A DNA stretch of 64,000 nucleotides from Deltaproteobacteria bacterium (GCA_040218735.1 JAVJQW010000023.1:1-64000), one strand, 5' to 3'. Counted from the stretch's first letter, positions 27,232 to 37,543 are shown. The notes: generated from the letters alone by a model not told the origin. Made by a program: numbers and translations.

Positions 27232-28920
27232 ATGAGTGACGTTCAAGCCGCCCAAAACGGTGACTCCGCCGCCTTCCGGCGCCTCGTGGATCGCTACCAG
27301 AACATGGTGCGCGCCTACGCGGCCGGCTGGGTCGGGGACGCCGCGGACGACGTCGCGCAGGAGGTGTTCGTCAACGCCTTCCTGAAGCTGGGCCAGCTCG
27401 ACGACCCCGCGAAGTTCGGGGGGTGGCTGCGACGGATCGCGCACAAACACTGCGACCGCCGCACCCGCCGCCCGCGACGCGAGGCGCTCGTCGAGGTCGA
27501 GGAGATCGCGCCACCGGTCGAGCCGGCCGACGGCGCCTGGCTCCTCGACGCGATCGAGCGATTGCCGGCGCACGAACGCATCGTCGTCGCCCTCCACTAC
27601 CTCGGCGACGAACCGCAGAAGGACGTCGCCGACTTTTTGGGGCTGCCGCTCACCACCGTGAAGAAACGCCTTCACACGGCGCGCGGTCGCCTCGCGAAAC
27701 GGAGGACCCCCATGCAAGTCACCACCACCACCCAACTCGAAGATCGTGTCGCGCTGTTCGTCGCGTTGCGGCAGAGCGACCGCGACGCCGTGCGCGCGAT
27801 CCTCACGCAGCACCCCGCGCTCGTCGAAGCCGCGGAGCACTACTCCGACGAGGAGGCCTTCGCCGCCGGTCTCCCGCTCGCGCACCGTCTCACGCCGTTG
27901 ATCCTCGCCGCCGGCCGCGGCGACGACGCGATGGTGCGCCTGCTCCTCGAGCTCGGCGCCGACCCCGACACCACCTGCGGCTGCGACGCCGAGGAGACCG
28001 CGCTGTTCGCCGCGGCGCTCCGCGGACGCGCGACGGTCGTCGAGCGACTCCTCGCCGCTGGCGCGGATCCGAAGCGGACGAACCACGTCGGCTTCACGCC
28101 CGTCGACGTCGCACGGATGCGGCGACACCACGACGTCCTCTTGTGCTTCGGCGCCACGCCCGACGACGCCGAGCCCGACGCCGCCGCCACCCCCGAACAG
28201 CGCATCGTCACCGGCATCCGAGCGCTCGATCTGCTCGCGCCGCTGGAGCGCGGGACGATCGTACGCGTGCACGGCGCCGCCGAGACGGGCTTGACCGTGT
28301 TGCTCGCCGAGCTCGCCGCGCGCTTCGCGGCGATGGGCGGACACAGCGTGTGGACGTCGGGCGGCGCGGGGACGTGGCAAGGGCCGTCACTCGCGGACGT
28401 CGTCGTGGACCTCGGCATCGAGCGACACACGACCGCCGTCGCGACCGGCGCGCTCGAGGTCGTCCAGTCGATGCAGGACGCGCGCGATCCGGTCGCGCTG
28501 TTCGTCTTCCTCGGCGACGCGCCGGAGGCGGAGGTCGAAGCGGCGCTCGCCGCGTTCCGACGCACAGCGACGATCACCTTCGTGATCGATCCGTGGGTCG
28601 CGGTGACGAAGGGCGCCCAGGACGCCCCCGCCCTCGCCGCGCCATACGACGCGGTGATCCACACGTCGCGCGCGCTCGCCGAAGCGGGGGTGTACCCGGC
28701 GCTCGACGCCGTCGGCACCGACAGCACCGCGCAGGTGACGCCGCGCCACGCCCAGATCCGCGAGGCGGTGCGTGCACGTCGGGACGATCCGAGTGTCGCG
28801 CGTCACTTCGCGCAGTGGTTCTCCGTGGCCGAGACCGACACCGGCCACCCCGGAGAAGTGTTCGGGCTCGATGAGACGCTCGACGGGTTCGCGGGCGTCG
28901 TCGCGCGCGAATTGGGTTAA
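27232..28920 (+). CDS. ECF sigma-70 factor fused to ankyrin repeats and a degenerate F1-ATPase beta-like domain
   Basis: Region 2 ADDVAQEVF..FGGWLRRIA; region 4 IERLP..TVKKRLHTAR; ankyrins LTPLILAA, ETALFAAA, GFTPVDVA; beta-like TGIRALDLLAP, GVYPALD, QWFSVAE..TG.PG. Confidence 0.85.
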   Translation: MSDVQAAQNGDSAAFRRLVDRYQNMVRAYAAGWVGDAADDVAQEVFVNAFLKLGQLDDPAKFGGWLRRIAHKHCDRRTRRPRREALVEVEEIAPPVEPADGAWLLDAIERLPAHERIVVALHYLGDEPQKDVADFLGLPLTTVKKRLHTARGRLAKRRTPMQVTTTTQLEDRVALFVALRQSDRDAVRAILTQHPALVEAAEHYSDEEAFAAGLPLAHRLTPLILAAGRGDDAMVRLLLELGADPDTTCGCDAEETALFAAALRGRATVVERLLAAGADPKRTNHVGFTPVDVARMRRHHDVLLCFGATPDDAEPDAAATPEQRIVTGIRALDLLAPLERGTIVRVHGAAETGLTVLLAELAARFAAMGGHSVWTSGGAGTWQGPSLADVVVDLGIERHTTAVATGALEVVQSMQDARDPVALFVFLGDAPEAEVEAALAAFRRTATITFVIDPWVAVTKGAQDAPALAAPYDAVIHTSRALAEAGVYPALDAVGTDSTAQVTPRHAQIREAVRARRDDPSVARHFAQWFSVAETDTGHPGEVFGLDETLDGFAGVVARELG

Positions 28921-28929
28921 CCTTTCGAG

Positions 28930-29799
28930 GTGAACCTTCGCGTCCTCGGCGTCGCCGTCGCCTTCGCCCTCTTCCCCGCTCGCGCGATGGCTTACACGTG
29001 CACGCCGGTGCCGAACTCGAGCCCGGCCCTGTCGCAGGTCTGGCAGCAGCGCTGCATCCCGTACTGGCTCAACCCGAACAGCGCGATGATGCAGCGCTCG
29101 GACATCCAACAGATCGTGTCGCAGAGCTTCGCGGTGTGGTCGTCGAACGAGTGCACGGACCTGGAGTTCATGGACGCCGGGGAGACGGATCAGCTCGCGG
29201 GGTTCGATCCGGATCGCTGCGACAACAAAAACGTCATCGGCGCGGTCGAAAACGACGACGACCTCGCGGACTTCTTCGACTCACCGGACCTGCTGGCGGT
29301 GACGCTCACTTCGTTCTCGCGCGCGACGGGCGAGATCTTCGACGCGGACATCCTGTTCAACACCGTGAACTTCCCGTTCGACGACGTGACCGCCGCGGGC
29401 CTCTGCCAAGCGCGCAACCCGAGGCCCTACGACATCCGCAACACCCTCGTGCACGAGATCGGGCACTTCATCGGCTTCGACCACGTGAACGTCGAGGGCG
29501 CGACGATGTTCCCGTCCGCCGTGAACTGCGAGACCGAAAAACGCACGCTGGAGCCGGACGACCTCGACGCCGTCTGCACCACGTACCCGAAAGACGCGCC
29601 CGCCAACACGTGCGCGCCGCCCGCGGACTACGAGGCGGGCGGGGATCCTTCGATCTTCAGGGACCAGTGCATCAACAGCGACGTGGAGCTGTGTGAGGAC
29701 CGCGCGGGGAACACGTGCTCGTGTGGAACGACCGGGGGTCGCGGCGGGTTGTGGGGGTTGTTGATCTTGGCGCCGGTCCTGTTGCGGCGGCGTCGATGA
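28930..29799 (+). CDS. Matrixin-like zinc metalloprotease with a MYXO-CTERM-like tail
   Basis: HEIGHFIGFDH, Met-turn ATMF, C-terminal CSC..LWGLLILAPVLLRRRR. Confidence 0.88.
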   Translation: MNLRVLGVAVAFALFPARAMAYTCTPVPNSSPALSQVWQQRCIPYWLNPNSAMMQRSDIQQIVSQSFAVWSSNECTDLEFMDAGETDQLAGFDPDRCDNKNVIGAVENDDDLADFFDSPDLLAVTLTSFSRATGEIFDADILFNTVNFPFDDVTAAGLCQARNPRPYDIRNTLVHEIGHFIGFDHVNVEGATMFPSAVNCETEKRTLEPDDLDAVCTTYPKDAPANTCAPPADYEAGGDPSIFRDQCINSDVELCEDRAGNTCSCGTTGGRGGLWGLLILAPVLLRRRR

Positions 29800-29854
29800 G
29801 TTGCGCTCCCGGGACCCGGACCGGTACCGGGGCCGGGGAGCTTGCTCCGCTCGC

Positions 29855-30415
29855 TCAGCGGTAGATGAACTTGAGCACTTCCTCGGAGATCATGAACTCG
29901 TCGCCGTCCTTGATCTTCTCTTTTTGGATCTTCACGCCGTCCTTCCAGACGCCGTTCGCCGAGCCCAGATCTTCGATGTAGTGCTCGCCGTTTTCGCGGC
30001 AGATGCCGGAGTGCTGGCGGGACACCTTCGAAGACGGGATGACCAGGTCGCAGGTGCGCGAGCGGCCGATGATGAAGGTGTCCTTGTCGATCTTGTGCAT
30101 GTCGCCCGCGCTGTTGACCACGTACAGCGCCTTGCGCGGTTTCTCCGCGGGCTTCGGCGGCTTCGGCCGCGTGCGCGGCGGTTCCGGAGCAGCCTGCGGG
30201 GACGGGGCCGGTGCGCCACGCCCCGGGCCGACCTGCGGCTCCATGGCGGGCACCTCCTTGGCCATCGGCGTCAGGAAGTTGAAGCGACGCGCGAACTCAT
30301 AGATCGCCTGGTTGACGACCGCGTGTCGGTCCGTGCCACAGTCTTCGGCGATCCGCGTCAAGCAGTCCCAGAGGTGGTCGGCAATATCGAGCTCCCGGCG
30401 CGTACGTCTTGCCAT
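29855..30415 (-). CDS. FHA domain protein with an N-terminal ribbon-helix-helix-like segment
   Basis: IIGRS, KVSRQHS, EDLGSANG FHA motifs; N-terminal RELDIADHLW..VVNQAIYEFAR. Confidence 0.85.
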   Translation of the reverse strand: MARRTRRELDIADHLWDCLTRIAEDCGTDRHAVVNQAIYEFARRFNFLTPMAKEVPAMEPQVGPGRGAPAPSPQAAPEPPRTRPKPPKPAEKPRKALYVVNSAGDMHKIDKDTFIIGRSRTCDLVIPSSKVSRQHSGICRENGEHYIEDLGSANGVWKDGVKIQKEKIKDGDEFMISEEVLKFIYR

Positions 30416-30446
30416 TCAGCGCGCGAGGTTAGCCTAAACGAGGTCC

Positions 30447-30923
30447 ATGTCAATGTTCCGTCCCACCCTGGCGCTCGGCCTCCTGATTGTCACCGGATGC
30501 TTCCCCGGTGAGATCCGCGATCGCCACGCCTCCGTGGTCGAGGACTACCTCATGACGCCCTTCGTGGAGCCGGATCAGCCCTACCTCGACCCGGCGCGAG
30601 CCCTCGGGCCCCCGGACGGCCGCACCGTCGCCCTCGGGCGCGGGGCCTACGTGATCCTTCGGTTTTTCCGCCAGATCCGCGACGGACCAGGCCCCGATCT
30701 CCGCATCTACGAGGTCGGTGAGGACGGCGCCGAGGCCTTCGTCGCCGTGAGCACGGACGGCGACGAATACGTCGAGCTCACGAATCGCGCCCGAGGCGCC
30801 AGCACCGCGCTCGATCTCGCGGAGACCGGGCTCGACGGCATCCGCTTCGTCCGCATCCGCGGCGCCGACGACGCCGGCGACGAACCGGGCTTCGACCTCG
30901 ACGCCGCCGAGGCCCTCCATTGA
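30447..30923 (+). CDS. Hypothetical cell-surface lipoprotein
   Basis: Lipobox VTGC; ALGPPDG, DGPGPDLRIYE, GFDLDA. Confidence 0.7.
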   Translation: MSMFRPTLALGLLIVTGCFPGEIRDRHASVVEDYLMTPFVEPDQPYLDPARALGPPDGRTVALGRGAYVILRFFRQIRDGPGPDLRIYEVGEDGAEAFVAVSTDGDEYVELTNRARGASTALDLAETGLDGIRFVRIRGADDAGDEPGFDLDAAEALH

Positions 30924-32074
30924 AGCCCGGCGTCTACGTCCACTTCCCCTACTGCGCCAAGAAGTGCCCGTACTGTGACTTCAACAGCCACACGATCGAG
31001 CACGACGACGCGCAGTACGCCGACGTGATCCTCGCCGAACTCGAGCACCGCGCGGGCGCCATCGAGGGCCCCGCCGTCTCGCTCTACTTCGGGGGCGGCA
31101 CGCCGAGCCGCTGGGACCCCGTGCAGGTGGGTCGGGTGATCCGCGCGGTGCGCGAGCGCGTGCGGCTCGAACCCGACGCCGAGATCACCCTGGAGGCGAA
31201 CCCGGGCACCGTCGCCGAGGACCGCCTCCACGCGTACGTCGAGCAGGGCGTGAACCGCTTCTCGATCGGCACCCAGAGCTTCATCGACGCCGAGCTCGAA
31301 GCCCTCGGCCGCATCCACGACGCCGCCGCCGGGCTCCGAGCCGTCCGCGCCGCGAAGGCGACCGGCGCCCGCGTCTCGCTCGACCTCATCTACGCTCAAC
31401 CCGGCCAGTCCCGCGCCGACGTCGACCGCTCCCTCGACGCCGCGCTGGCGCTGGAGCCCGAACACGTCTCCGCGTACACGCTCACCGTCGAGCCCGACAC
31501 GATCCTCGGCCGGCAGAAGCGCCTCGGCCTCTTCGAAGAGATGCCCGACGACGACCAGGCCGCGCTGATCGAGCACGTCACGAACCGCCTCGCGGAGGGG
31601 GGCTACGAGCGGTACGAGGTGTCGAGCTACGCGCGCCCCGGCCACCGCGCCGTGCACAACAGCCTCTACTGGACGGGCGCGCCGTACCTCGGCCTCGGCG
31701 CGGGCGCGCACGGCTTCACCTACGCCGCGGACCGCTCCACCGGACGCCGCTACGGCAACGTCAAAGCCCCCGAGCGCTACCTGACCGGGGCCTTCGAGAC
31801 CTCCTTCGACGAGGCGCAGGACAAGTCGGAGCTGCTGATCGACCGCCTGTGGGTCGGCCTGCGCCCGGCCTGGGGCGTGGACCTCGCCGCGCTCTCCGAG
31901 GAGTTCGGGCTGGACGTCGAAGGCCGCTTCGCGCCGGTCCTCGCGCGGTTCGTGGACGGCGGGATCCTCGCGCAGGACGGACCGCGTTTCGCACCGACCT
32001 CGCGCGGCTTCCTCTTCACCGACGCGGTCGCCCGCGCGATCCTCTCCGCGGCCCGCGACCTGCCCGGCGCTTGA
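30920..32074 (+). CDS. hemW: Radical SAM heme chaperone
   Basis: YVHFPYCAKKCPYCDFN, YFGGGTPS, EITLEANP, HNSLYW. Confidence 0.92.
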   Translation: MKPGVYVHFPYCAKKCPYCDFNSHTIEHDDAQYADVILAELEHRAGAIEGPAVSLYFGGGTPSRWDPVQVGRVIRAVRERVRLEPDAEITLEANPGTVAEDRLHAYVEQGVNRFSIGTQSFIDAELEALGRIHDAAAGLRAVRAAKATGARVSLDLIYAQPGQSRADVDRSLDAALALEPEHVSAYTLTVEPDTILGRQKRLGLFEEMPDDDQAALIEHVTNRLAEGGYERYEVSSYARPGHRAVHNSLYWTGAPYLGLGAGAHGFTYAADRSTGRRYGNVKAPERYLTGAFETSFDEAQDKSELLIDRLWVGLRPAWGVDLAALSEEFGLDVEGRFAPVLARFVDGGILAQDGPRFAPTSRGFLFTDAVARAILSAARDLPGA

Positions 32075-32101
32075 CAGCGGGCGAGTTTCGCCACGTAAAT
32101 C

Positions 32102-33220
32102 GTGGTGTTGGCCGCTTCGAGCCCGTCTGACGTCGAACTCAACGACCGGCAGCGCGACATCCTCATCGCTTGCATCGAGGAGTACATCGCGACCGCCGAG
32201 CCGGTCGGCTCGCGCACGCTCACCAAGCGCAAGGCCCTCGACGTCTCCCCCGCCACCGTCCGCAACGTCATGGCGGACCTCGACGAGCTGGGGTTGCTCT
32301 CCGCGCCGCACGCCTCGGCGGGGCGCGTTCCCACACCGCGCGCGTTTCGGCTCTACGTCGAGCGGCTCGCGCAGCGCGGGCGCATCTCCCCCAAGGAGCG
32401 CGAGCTGATCTCCGCGATCACCGTCCGCGCCAACAACGAATCCAACGACATCCAGGGTGTCCTCGAGGAGGCCGGGCGCGTGCTCTCGACGGTCTCCAAA
32501 CACGCGACGCTCGTGTTGATGCCGTCGCTGGACGACGTGGTGTTCCAGCGGATCGAGTTCGTCCCGATCCGCGAGGACGCGGTCCTCGCCGTCTTCGTCG
32601 CCAAGTCCGGGTTGATCCAGCAACGCCTCGTGGAGGTCACGTTCCGCACGGACCGGGACGAGCTCACCACGATGTCGAACTACCTGAACTCCCTGCTGGG
32701 CGGGAAACCGCTCGCGGAGGTCCGGCGGGAAGTCCTCACCGCGATGCACGACGCCCGGACGGCGGCGGACAAGATCATGCGCCACGCCCTCTTCCTCGGG
32801 GAGCGGGCGCTTTCGGCCCCCCCGGTCGGCCGCGTCGTGGTCGAGGGCGAGCGGACCCTCCTCGACCAGCCGGAGTTCGCGGACATCGAGCGGATGCGGA
32901 AGCTCCTGCGGGCCTTCGAGGAGAAGACCATGATCCTCCGCCTCCTCGACGCCGCCACGACGACCCCCATCGAGTCCCAGGCCGCCGTGTCGGAGCTGAC
33001 CACCGTGGTCCTCGGCAGCGAGACCTCGATGAAGGACATCAGGGACCTCGCTGCGGTCACCGCCACCTACGCCTCGGAGGACGGCCCGGCCGGGCGCGTC
33101 AGCGTGGTAGGCCCCACGCGCATGAACTACGCCCGCGTCATCCCCCTCGTGGAGATGACCGCCGACGCCCTCTCCCAGAGCCTCGGCACCGAGGGCCCCT
33201 CGGACCCTGAACCGGACTGA
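32102..33220 (+). CDS. hrcA: Heat-inducible transcription repressor
   Basis: YIATAEPVGS, SPATVRNVMADL, PHASAGRVPT, VVGPTRMNY. Confidence 0.95.
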   Translation: MVLAASSPSDVELNDRQRDILIACIEEYIATAEPVGSRTLTKRKALDVSPATVRNVMADLDELGLLSAPHASAGRVPTPRAFRLYVERLAQRGRISPKERELISAITVRANNESNDIQGVLEEAGRVLSTVSKHATLVLMPSLDDVVFQRIEFVPIREDAVLAVFVAKSGLIQQRLVEVTFRTDRDELTTMSNYLNSLLGGKPLAEVRREVLTAMHDARTAADKIMRHALFLGERALSAPPVGRVVVEGERTLLDQPEFADIERMRKLLRAFEEKTMILRLLDAATTTPIESQAAVSELTTVVLGSETSMKDIRDLAAVTATYASEDGPAGRVSVVGPTRMNYARVIPLVEMTADALSQSLGTEGPSDPEPD

Positions 33221-33274
33221 TCCAAGTCCACGACCTTATTGAAGTGTGGGTAAAGGCGTGACAGCTTACGCGCC

Positions 33275-33946
33275 GTGTCTGACGAGAAGGATCCGGCCGG
33301 CGAGGCTGCCGACGACGCCATCCAGGATGCCATGGCCGAGGCGGTCGCTTCCATGGAGGCCCGTGAAGACGGCGACGAAAAGCCCACGGACGGAAAACCG
33401 AGCGCGGCCGACGCCGTGACGGAGGCGCTCATCGACGCCAAGAAAGAGCTCGAAGAGGTCCTCGAGCAGACCCAAAAAGAAGCCGGCAGCTTCCGAGAGA
33501 AGTGGCTCCGCGCCGCGGCGGATCTCGAAAACTACCGCAAGCGCGCCGCGCGCGAGCGTGACGATGTCGCAAAGTTCGGTAACGAGAAGCTCCTCAAGGA
33601 CTTCCTGCCGATCGTCGACGACCTCGAACGCTCGATCGATGTGGTCGCGCAGTCCGAGGTCGGCGACACCGGACAGCAGCTCCTCGACGGCGTGAAGCTC
33701 GTCCTCAAGAAGTTCCTCAGCCAGCTCGAGAAGAACGGCGTCACGACGTTCGACTCCGTCGGTGAGACGTTCGATCCCTCCCAGCACGAGGCCGTGCAGC
33801 AGATCCACGCGGATCGCCCGCAGGGACAAGTGCACACGCAGCTTCAGCGCGGGTTCATGATCAACGATCGCCTGCTGCGCCCCGCGATGGTCGTCGTGTC
33901 GCTCGGACCGGAGGGCGGGAGCAAGGGTGACGGGGGCGAAGGATGA
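33275..33946 (+). CDS. grpE: Nucleotide exchange factor GrpE
   Basis: [38 protein letters not shown]. Confidence 0.96.
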   Translation: MSDEKDPAGEAADDAIQDAMAEAVASMEAREDGDEKPTDGKPSAADAVTEALIDAKKELEEVLEQTQKEAGSFREKWLRAAADLENYRKRAARERDDVAKFGNEKLLKDFLPIVDDLERSIDVVAQSEVGDTGQQLLDGVKLVLKKFLSQLEKNGVTTFDSVGETFDPSQHEAVQQIHADRPQGQVHTQLQRGFMINDRLLRPAMVVVSLGPEGGSKGDGGEG

Positions 33947-35772
33947 GCAAGATCATCGGCATCGACCTCGGGACGACGAACTCGTGTGTCGCGGTGATGG
34001 ACGGCGGCGAGGCCGTCGTCATCCCGAACTCCGAGGGGAGCCGCACCACCCCGTCGATGGTCGCGTTCACCGATTCGGGTGAGCGCCTCGTCGGCCAGAT
34101 CGCGAAGCGCCAGGCGGTGACGAACAGCGAGAACACGGTGTTCTCGGTGAAGCGTTTCATCGGGCGCCCGTTCGACTCCGACGAGGTCCGGCAGGACCAG
34201 AGCAAGTCGCCGTACACGGTCGTGTCCGCGGACAACGGCGAAGCGTGGGTGCAGATCCGCGACAAGTCGTACTCACCGCAGGAAATCTCCGCGATGATCC
34301 TCATGAAGATGAAGGAGACCGCGGAGGACTACCTCGGCGAGGAGGTCACGGAAGCGGTCATCACGGTCCCCGCGTACTTCAACGACGCCCAGCGTCAGGC
34401 AACCAAGGACGCCGGGAAGGTCGCCGGGCTGAACGTCCCGCGCATCATCAACGAGCCGACGGCGGCGGCGCTCGCGTACGGCCTCGACAAGAAGGAGAGC
34501 GTGCGGGTCGCGGTCTACGACCTCGGCGGCGGCACGTTCGATATCTCGATCCTCGAGCTCGGTGACGGCGTCTTCGAGGTGAAGTCGACGAACGGCGACA
34601 CGCACCTCGGCGGTGACGACTTCGACCTGTCGATCATCAACTTCCTCGCGGACCGGTTCTCGGAGGAGAACGCGGGGGCGGACCTTCGCAAGGACAAGAT
34701 GGCGCTGCAGCGCCTGAAGGAAGCCGCGGAGAAGGCGAAGCACGAGCTGTCGTCGTCGACGGAGACGGACGTCAACCTGCCCTTCATCATGGCGGACGCC
34801 ACCGGGCCGAAGCACCTGAACACCACGGTCACGCGCCAGGAGCTCGAGCAGCTCGTGGAGCCGTTGATCCAGCGCTCGCTGGAGCCGTGCGGTCAGGCGC
34901 TGAAGGACGCGGGGCTCGCGAAGGGGGACATCGACGAGGTGTTGCTCGTCGGCGGTCAGACGCGGATGCCGCGCATCCAGCAGGTGGTGCGCGACTTCTT
35001 CGACAAGGACCCGAACAAGAAGGTCAACCCGGACGAGGTGGTCGCGATCGGCGCGGCGATTCAGGGCGGCGTCCTCAAGGGCGACGTCAAGGATGTGCTG
35101 CTGCTCGACGTGAACCCGCTGTCGCTCGGTGTCGAGACGGCGGGCGGTGTCTTCACGGCGATCATCCAGCGCAACACGACCATCCCGGCGAAGAAGTCGA
35201 TGGTGTTCTCGACGGCGATGGACAACCAGCCGATCGTGGACGTGCACGTGCTGCAGGGCGAGCGCCCGATGGCCGAGGACAACAAAACGCTCGGGCGGTT
35301 CCAACTGGTGGGCATTCCGCCGGCGCCCCGCGGTGTTCCTCAGATCGAAGTGACCTTCGACATCGACGCCAACGGTATCGTGCACGTGTCGGCGCGCGAC
35401 CTCGGCACGGGGAAGAAGCAGCAGATCAAGATCATCGCGTCGTCGGGTCTGACCGAGGACGAGATCGAGCGGATGGTGAAGGAGGCGGAGTCCAGCAAGA
35501 CGGACGACGCCAAGAAGAAGGAGCTGGCCGACCTGAGGAACATGGCGGACGGCCTGCTCTACACGACCGAGAAGTCGCTCGAGGAGTACTCGTCGATGCT
35601 CACGGAGGACGACATCGAGGACATCAAGGAAGACCTCGAATCCGTGAAGAGCGTCTACGAATCGAACGACGTCGAGAAGATCAAGGCCGCGATCCAGCGG
35701 CTGGAAGGTTCGTCACACCGCATCGCCGAGGCCATGTACCAAGAGGCGCTGCAGGACGACGACGAGGGCTAA
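33943..35772 (+). CDS. dnaK: Hsp70 chaperone DnaK
   Basis: [53 protein letters not shown]. Confidence 0.98.
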   Translation: MSKIIGIDLGTTNSCVAVMDGGEAVVIPNSEGSRTTPSMVAFTDSGERLVGQIAKRQAVTNSENTVFSVKRFIGRPFDSDEVRQDQSKSPYTVVSADNGEAWVQIRDKSYSPQEISAMILMKMKETAEDYLGEEVTEAVITVPAYFNDAQRQATKDAGKVAGLNVPRIINEPTAAALAYGLDKKESVRVAVYDLGGGTFDISILELGDGVFEVKSTNGDTHLGGDDFDLSIINFLADRFSEENAGADLRKDKMALQRLKEAAEKAKHELSSSTETDVNLPFIMADATGPKHLNTTVTRQELEQLVEPLIQRSLEPCGQALKDAGLAKGDIDEVLLVGGQTRMPRIQQVVRDFFDKDPNKKVNPDEVVAIGAAIQGGVLKGDVKDVLLLDVNPLSLGVETAGGVFTAIIQRNTTIPAKKSMVFSTAMDNQPIVDVHVLQGERPMAEDNKTLGRFQLVGIPPAPRGVPQIEVTFDIDANGIVHVSARDLGTGKKQQIKIIASSGLTEDEIERMVKEAESSKTDDAKKKELADLRNMADGLLYTTEKSLEEYSSMLTEDDIEDIKEDLESVKSVYESNDVEKIKAAIQRLEGSSHRIAEAMYQEALQDDDEG

Positions 35773-35778
35773 TTCATC

Positions 35779-36855
35779 ATGACCATGCGATGCGCCGTCG
35801 TTGGCGCGACCGGGCTCGCGGGACAGCAGTTCCTCGCGGCGCTCGTCGACCACCCGTTCCTCGAAGTCACTCGGCTCGCGGCCTCGTCGCGCTCGGCCGG
35901 CAAGAAGTACCGCGAAGCCATCACGCAGGAGAATGGCCTCGTCGGTTGGTACGTCGCCGAGTCGGCGTTCGCGAAGTACGCGGACATGGACGTCGTCAAC
36001 GGGACCGACATGTCGCTCGACGACATCGACCTCGTCTTCTCGGCGGTGGAGTCGGACGCTGCGCGTGTGCTCGAGACGGAGTACGCGAAGCGCCGGCCGG
36101 TGATCTCCACCGCGAGCGCGTACCGGTACGAGGACGACTGCCCGATCATCATCCCCGCCGTGAACGGCGACCACGCGAACCTGATCCACGCGATGCGGAA
36201 GAACCGCGGCTGGGAAGGGTTCGTCGTGCCGATCCCCAACTGCACGACCTGCGGCCTCGCGATCGCGCTCGCGCCGTTGGTGCAGTTCGGTCTGGAGAAG
36301 GTCGTCGTGACCTCGATGCAGGCGACGAGCGGCGCGGGCCGTTCACCCGGCGTCATCTCCCTCGACATCGTCGACAACATCGTCCCCTACATCAAGAAGG
36401 AGGAGGAGAAGGTCGCGCTCGAGACGAAGAAGATCCTCGGCACGCTGAACGGCGAGACGATCGCGCCGCTCGATGTGAAGGTCTCGGCGACGTGCACGCG
36501 GGTGAACGTGATCGACGGGCACACCGAAGCCGTCACGGCTTCCTTGTCGCGCGACGTGTCGATCGACGAGGTCCGCTCGGCGATGGAGCGGTTCGGTGCG
36601 GAGCTCAACCCGAACACCCACCCCTCGGCGCCGGAGCGTTGGATCACCGTGCACAGCGATCCTTTCCGCCCGCAGCCGCGTCGCGACCGCGACGCCGACG
36701 GCGGCATGACCACGAGCGTCGGGCGTCTTCGTCCGGACGACGTGCTCGGCGACCACGGCGTGAAGTTCGTGCTCGTCTCCCACAACACGAAGATGGGCGC
36801 CGCCAAGGGCGCGGTCCTCGTGGCGGAAGACCTCAAGAGCCGGGGCCTTCTGTAG
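35779..36855 (+). CDS. asd: Aspartate-semialdehyde dehydrogenase, archaeal/eukaryote-like subtype
   Basis: VVGATGLAGQ, PNCTT, MQATSGAG, EEEKV, CTRVNVIDGH, HNTKMGAA. Confidence 0.92.
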   Translation: MTMRCAVVGATGLAGQQFLAALVDHPFLEVTRLAASSRSAGKKYREAITQENGLVGWYVAESAFAKYADMDVVNGTDMSLDDIDLVFSAVESDAARVLETEYAKRRPVISTASAYRYEDDCPIIIPAVNGDHANLIHAMRKNRGWEGFVVPIPNCTTCGLAIALAPLVQFGLEKVVVTSMQATSGAGRSPGVISLDIVDNIVPYIKKEEEKVALETKKILGTLNGETIAPLDVKVSATCTRVNVIDGHTEAVTASLSRDVSIDEVRSAMERFGAELNPNTHPSAPERWITVHSDPFRPQPRRDRDADGGMTTSVGRLRPDDVLGDHGVKFVLVSHNTKMGAAKGAVLVAEDLKSRGLL

Positions 36856-36868
36856 GCGCGCGGTCGTC

Positions 36869-37543
36869 TTACTGCTCGTCCACGCAGAGGCGCGCGATGC
36901 GCTCACGGACGTGCTCCGTCTCGTCGTCGAACGTGAACTGAATCCCGAGCCAGCGTGTGTCGTGCTGGGAGCGGCTCGCCGCTTTCGCTCGACGCACGGT
37001 GCCGTCGACCTTCGTGAAACGCGGCTCGCCCGGGAGCTGGAGCATGAGCTCCACTTGGTCACCGACCGCGAAGTCGCGGCCGGGTGACTTCACGACGAAG
37101 GCACAGCCACCGCGCGACAGGTCGCGGACGGTGCCCTGCAAGCGTTGCTCGCCGATCTTCAGCGCGCCGCGAACGCAAACCCGAAGTCGCTCGTCCTTTC
37201 GTCGCGCGTACTCCTGAAGGATGTCCGGATAACCGACGAAGATCAGCGTCGCCGGTGACTCGTAGACCAGCTGGATCCGCGTGACGAACCCGAGCTCCCC
37301 CATGCCCGGCGAGTAGCGCGCAACGCACCGCGCCCCCGGGTAGAGCGGCGCGTCCGTGTCGTCCGGGATCTCGAGGAGCAGGTACTCCGACACCTTGTAG
37401 CCCCGGAGCGTCGCAGTGACCTGCGCCGACTCGCCGTGGTCCTCGATCAGGAGCTGCAGCTGGGCGTCCACGACGAGGTGCACCGGACCGCGGTCCTGCA
37501 CCAACGTCACGTCGGACGGCAAACGAGCGGCAGGCAACACCAC
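36869..37543 (-). CDS. YcgR-like PilZ domain c-di-GMP receptor
   Basis: RRKDERL (RxxxR) and DLSRGG (DxSxxG), with an N-terminal PilZN-like region. Confidence 0.85.
   Translation of the reverse strand: MVLPAARLPSDVTLVQDRGPVHLVVDAQLQLLIEDHGESAQVTATLRGYKVSEYLLLEIPDDTDAPLYPGARCVARYSPGMGELGFVTRIQLVYESPATLIFVGYPDILQEYARRKDERLRVCVRGALKIGEQRLQGTVRDLSRGGCAFVVKSPGRDFAVGDQVELMLQLPGEPRFTKVDGTVRRAKAASRSQHDTRWLGIQFTFDDETEHVRERIARLCVDEQ

Noticed and set aside
28195-28920. Functional atpD or an ATP synthase operon
   Set aside because: Walker A Lys, the catalytic Glu motif, the N-terminal barrel and DELSEED are missing, and no other atp genes are present
32071-32101. Sigma-70 promoter for hrcA
   Set aside because: TTGACA is perfect, but no good -10 hexamer lies at 17-bp spacing; not listed as a feature
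35779-36855. Archaeal/eukaryote-type asd as a transfer signal
   Set aside because: This subtype is already known in several bacterial phyla
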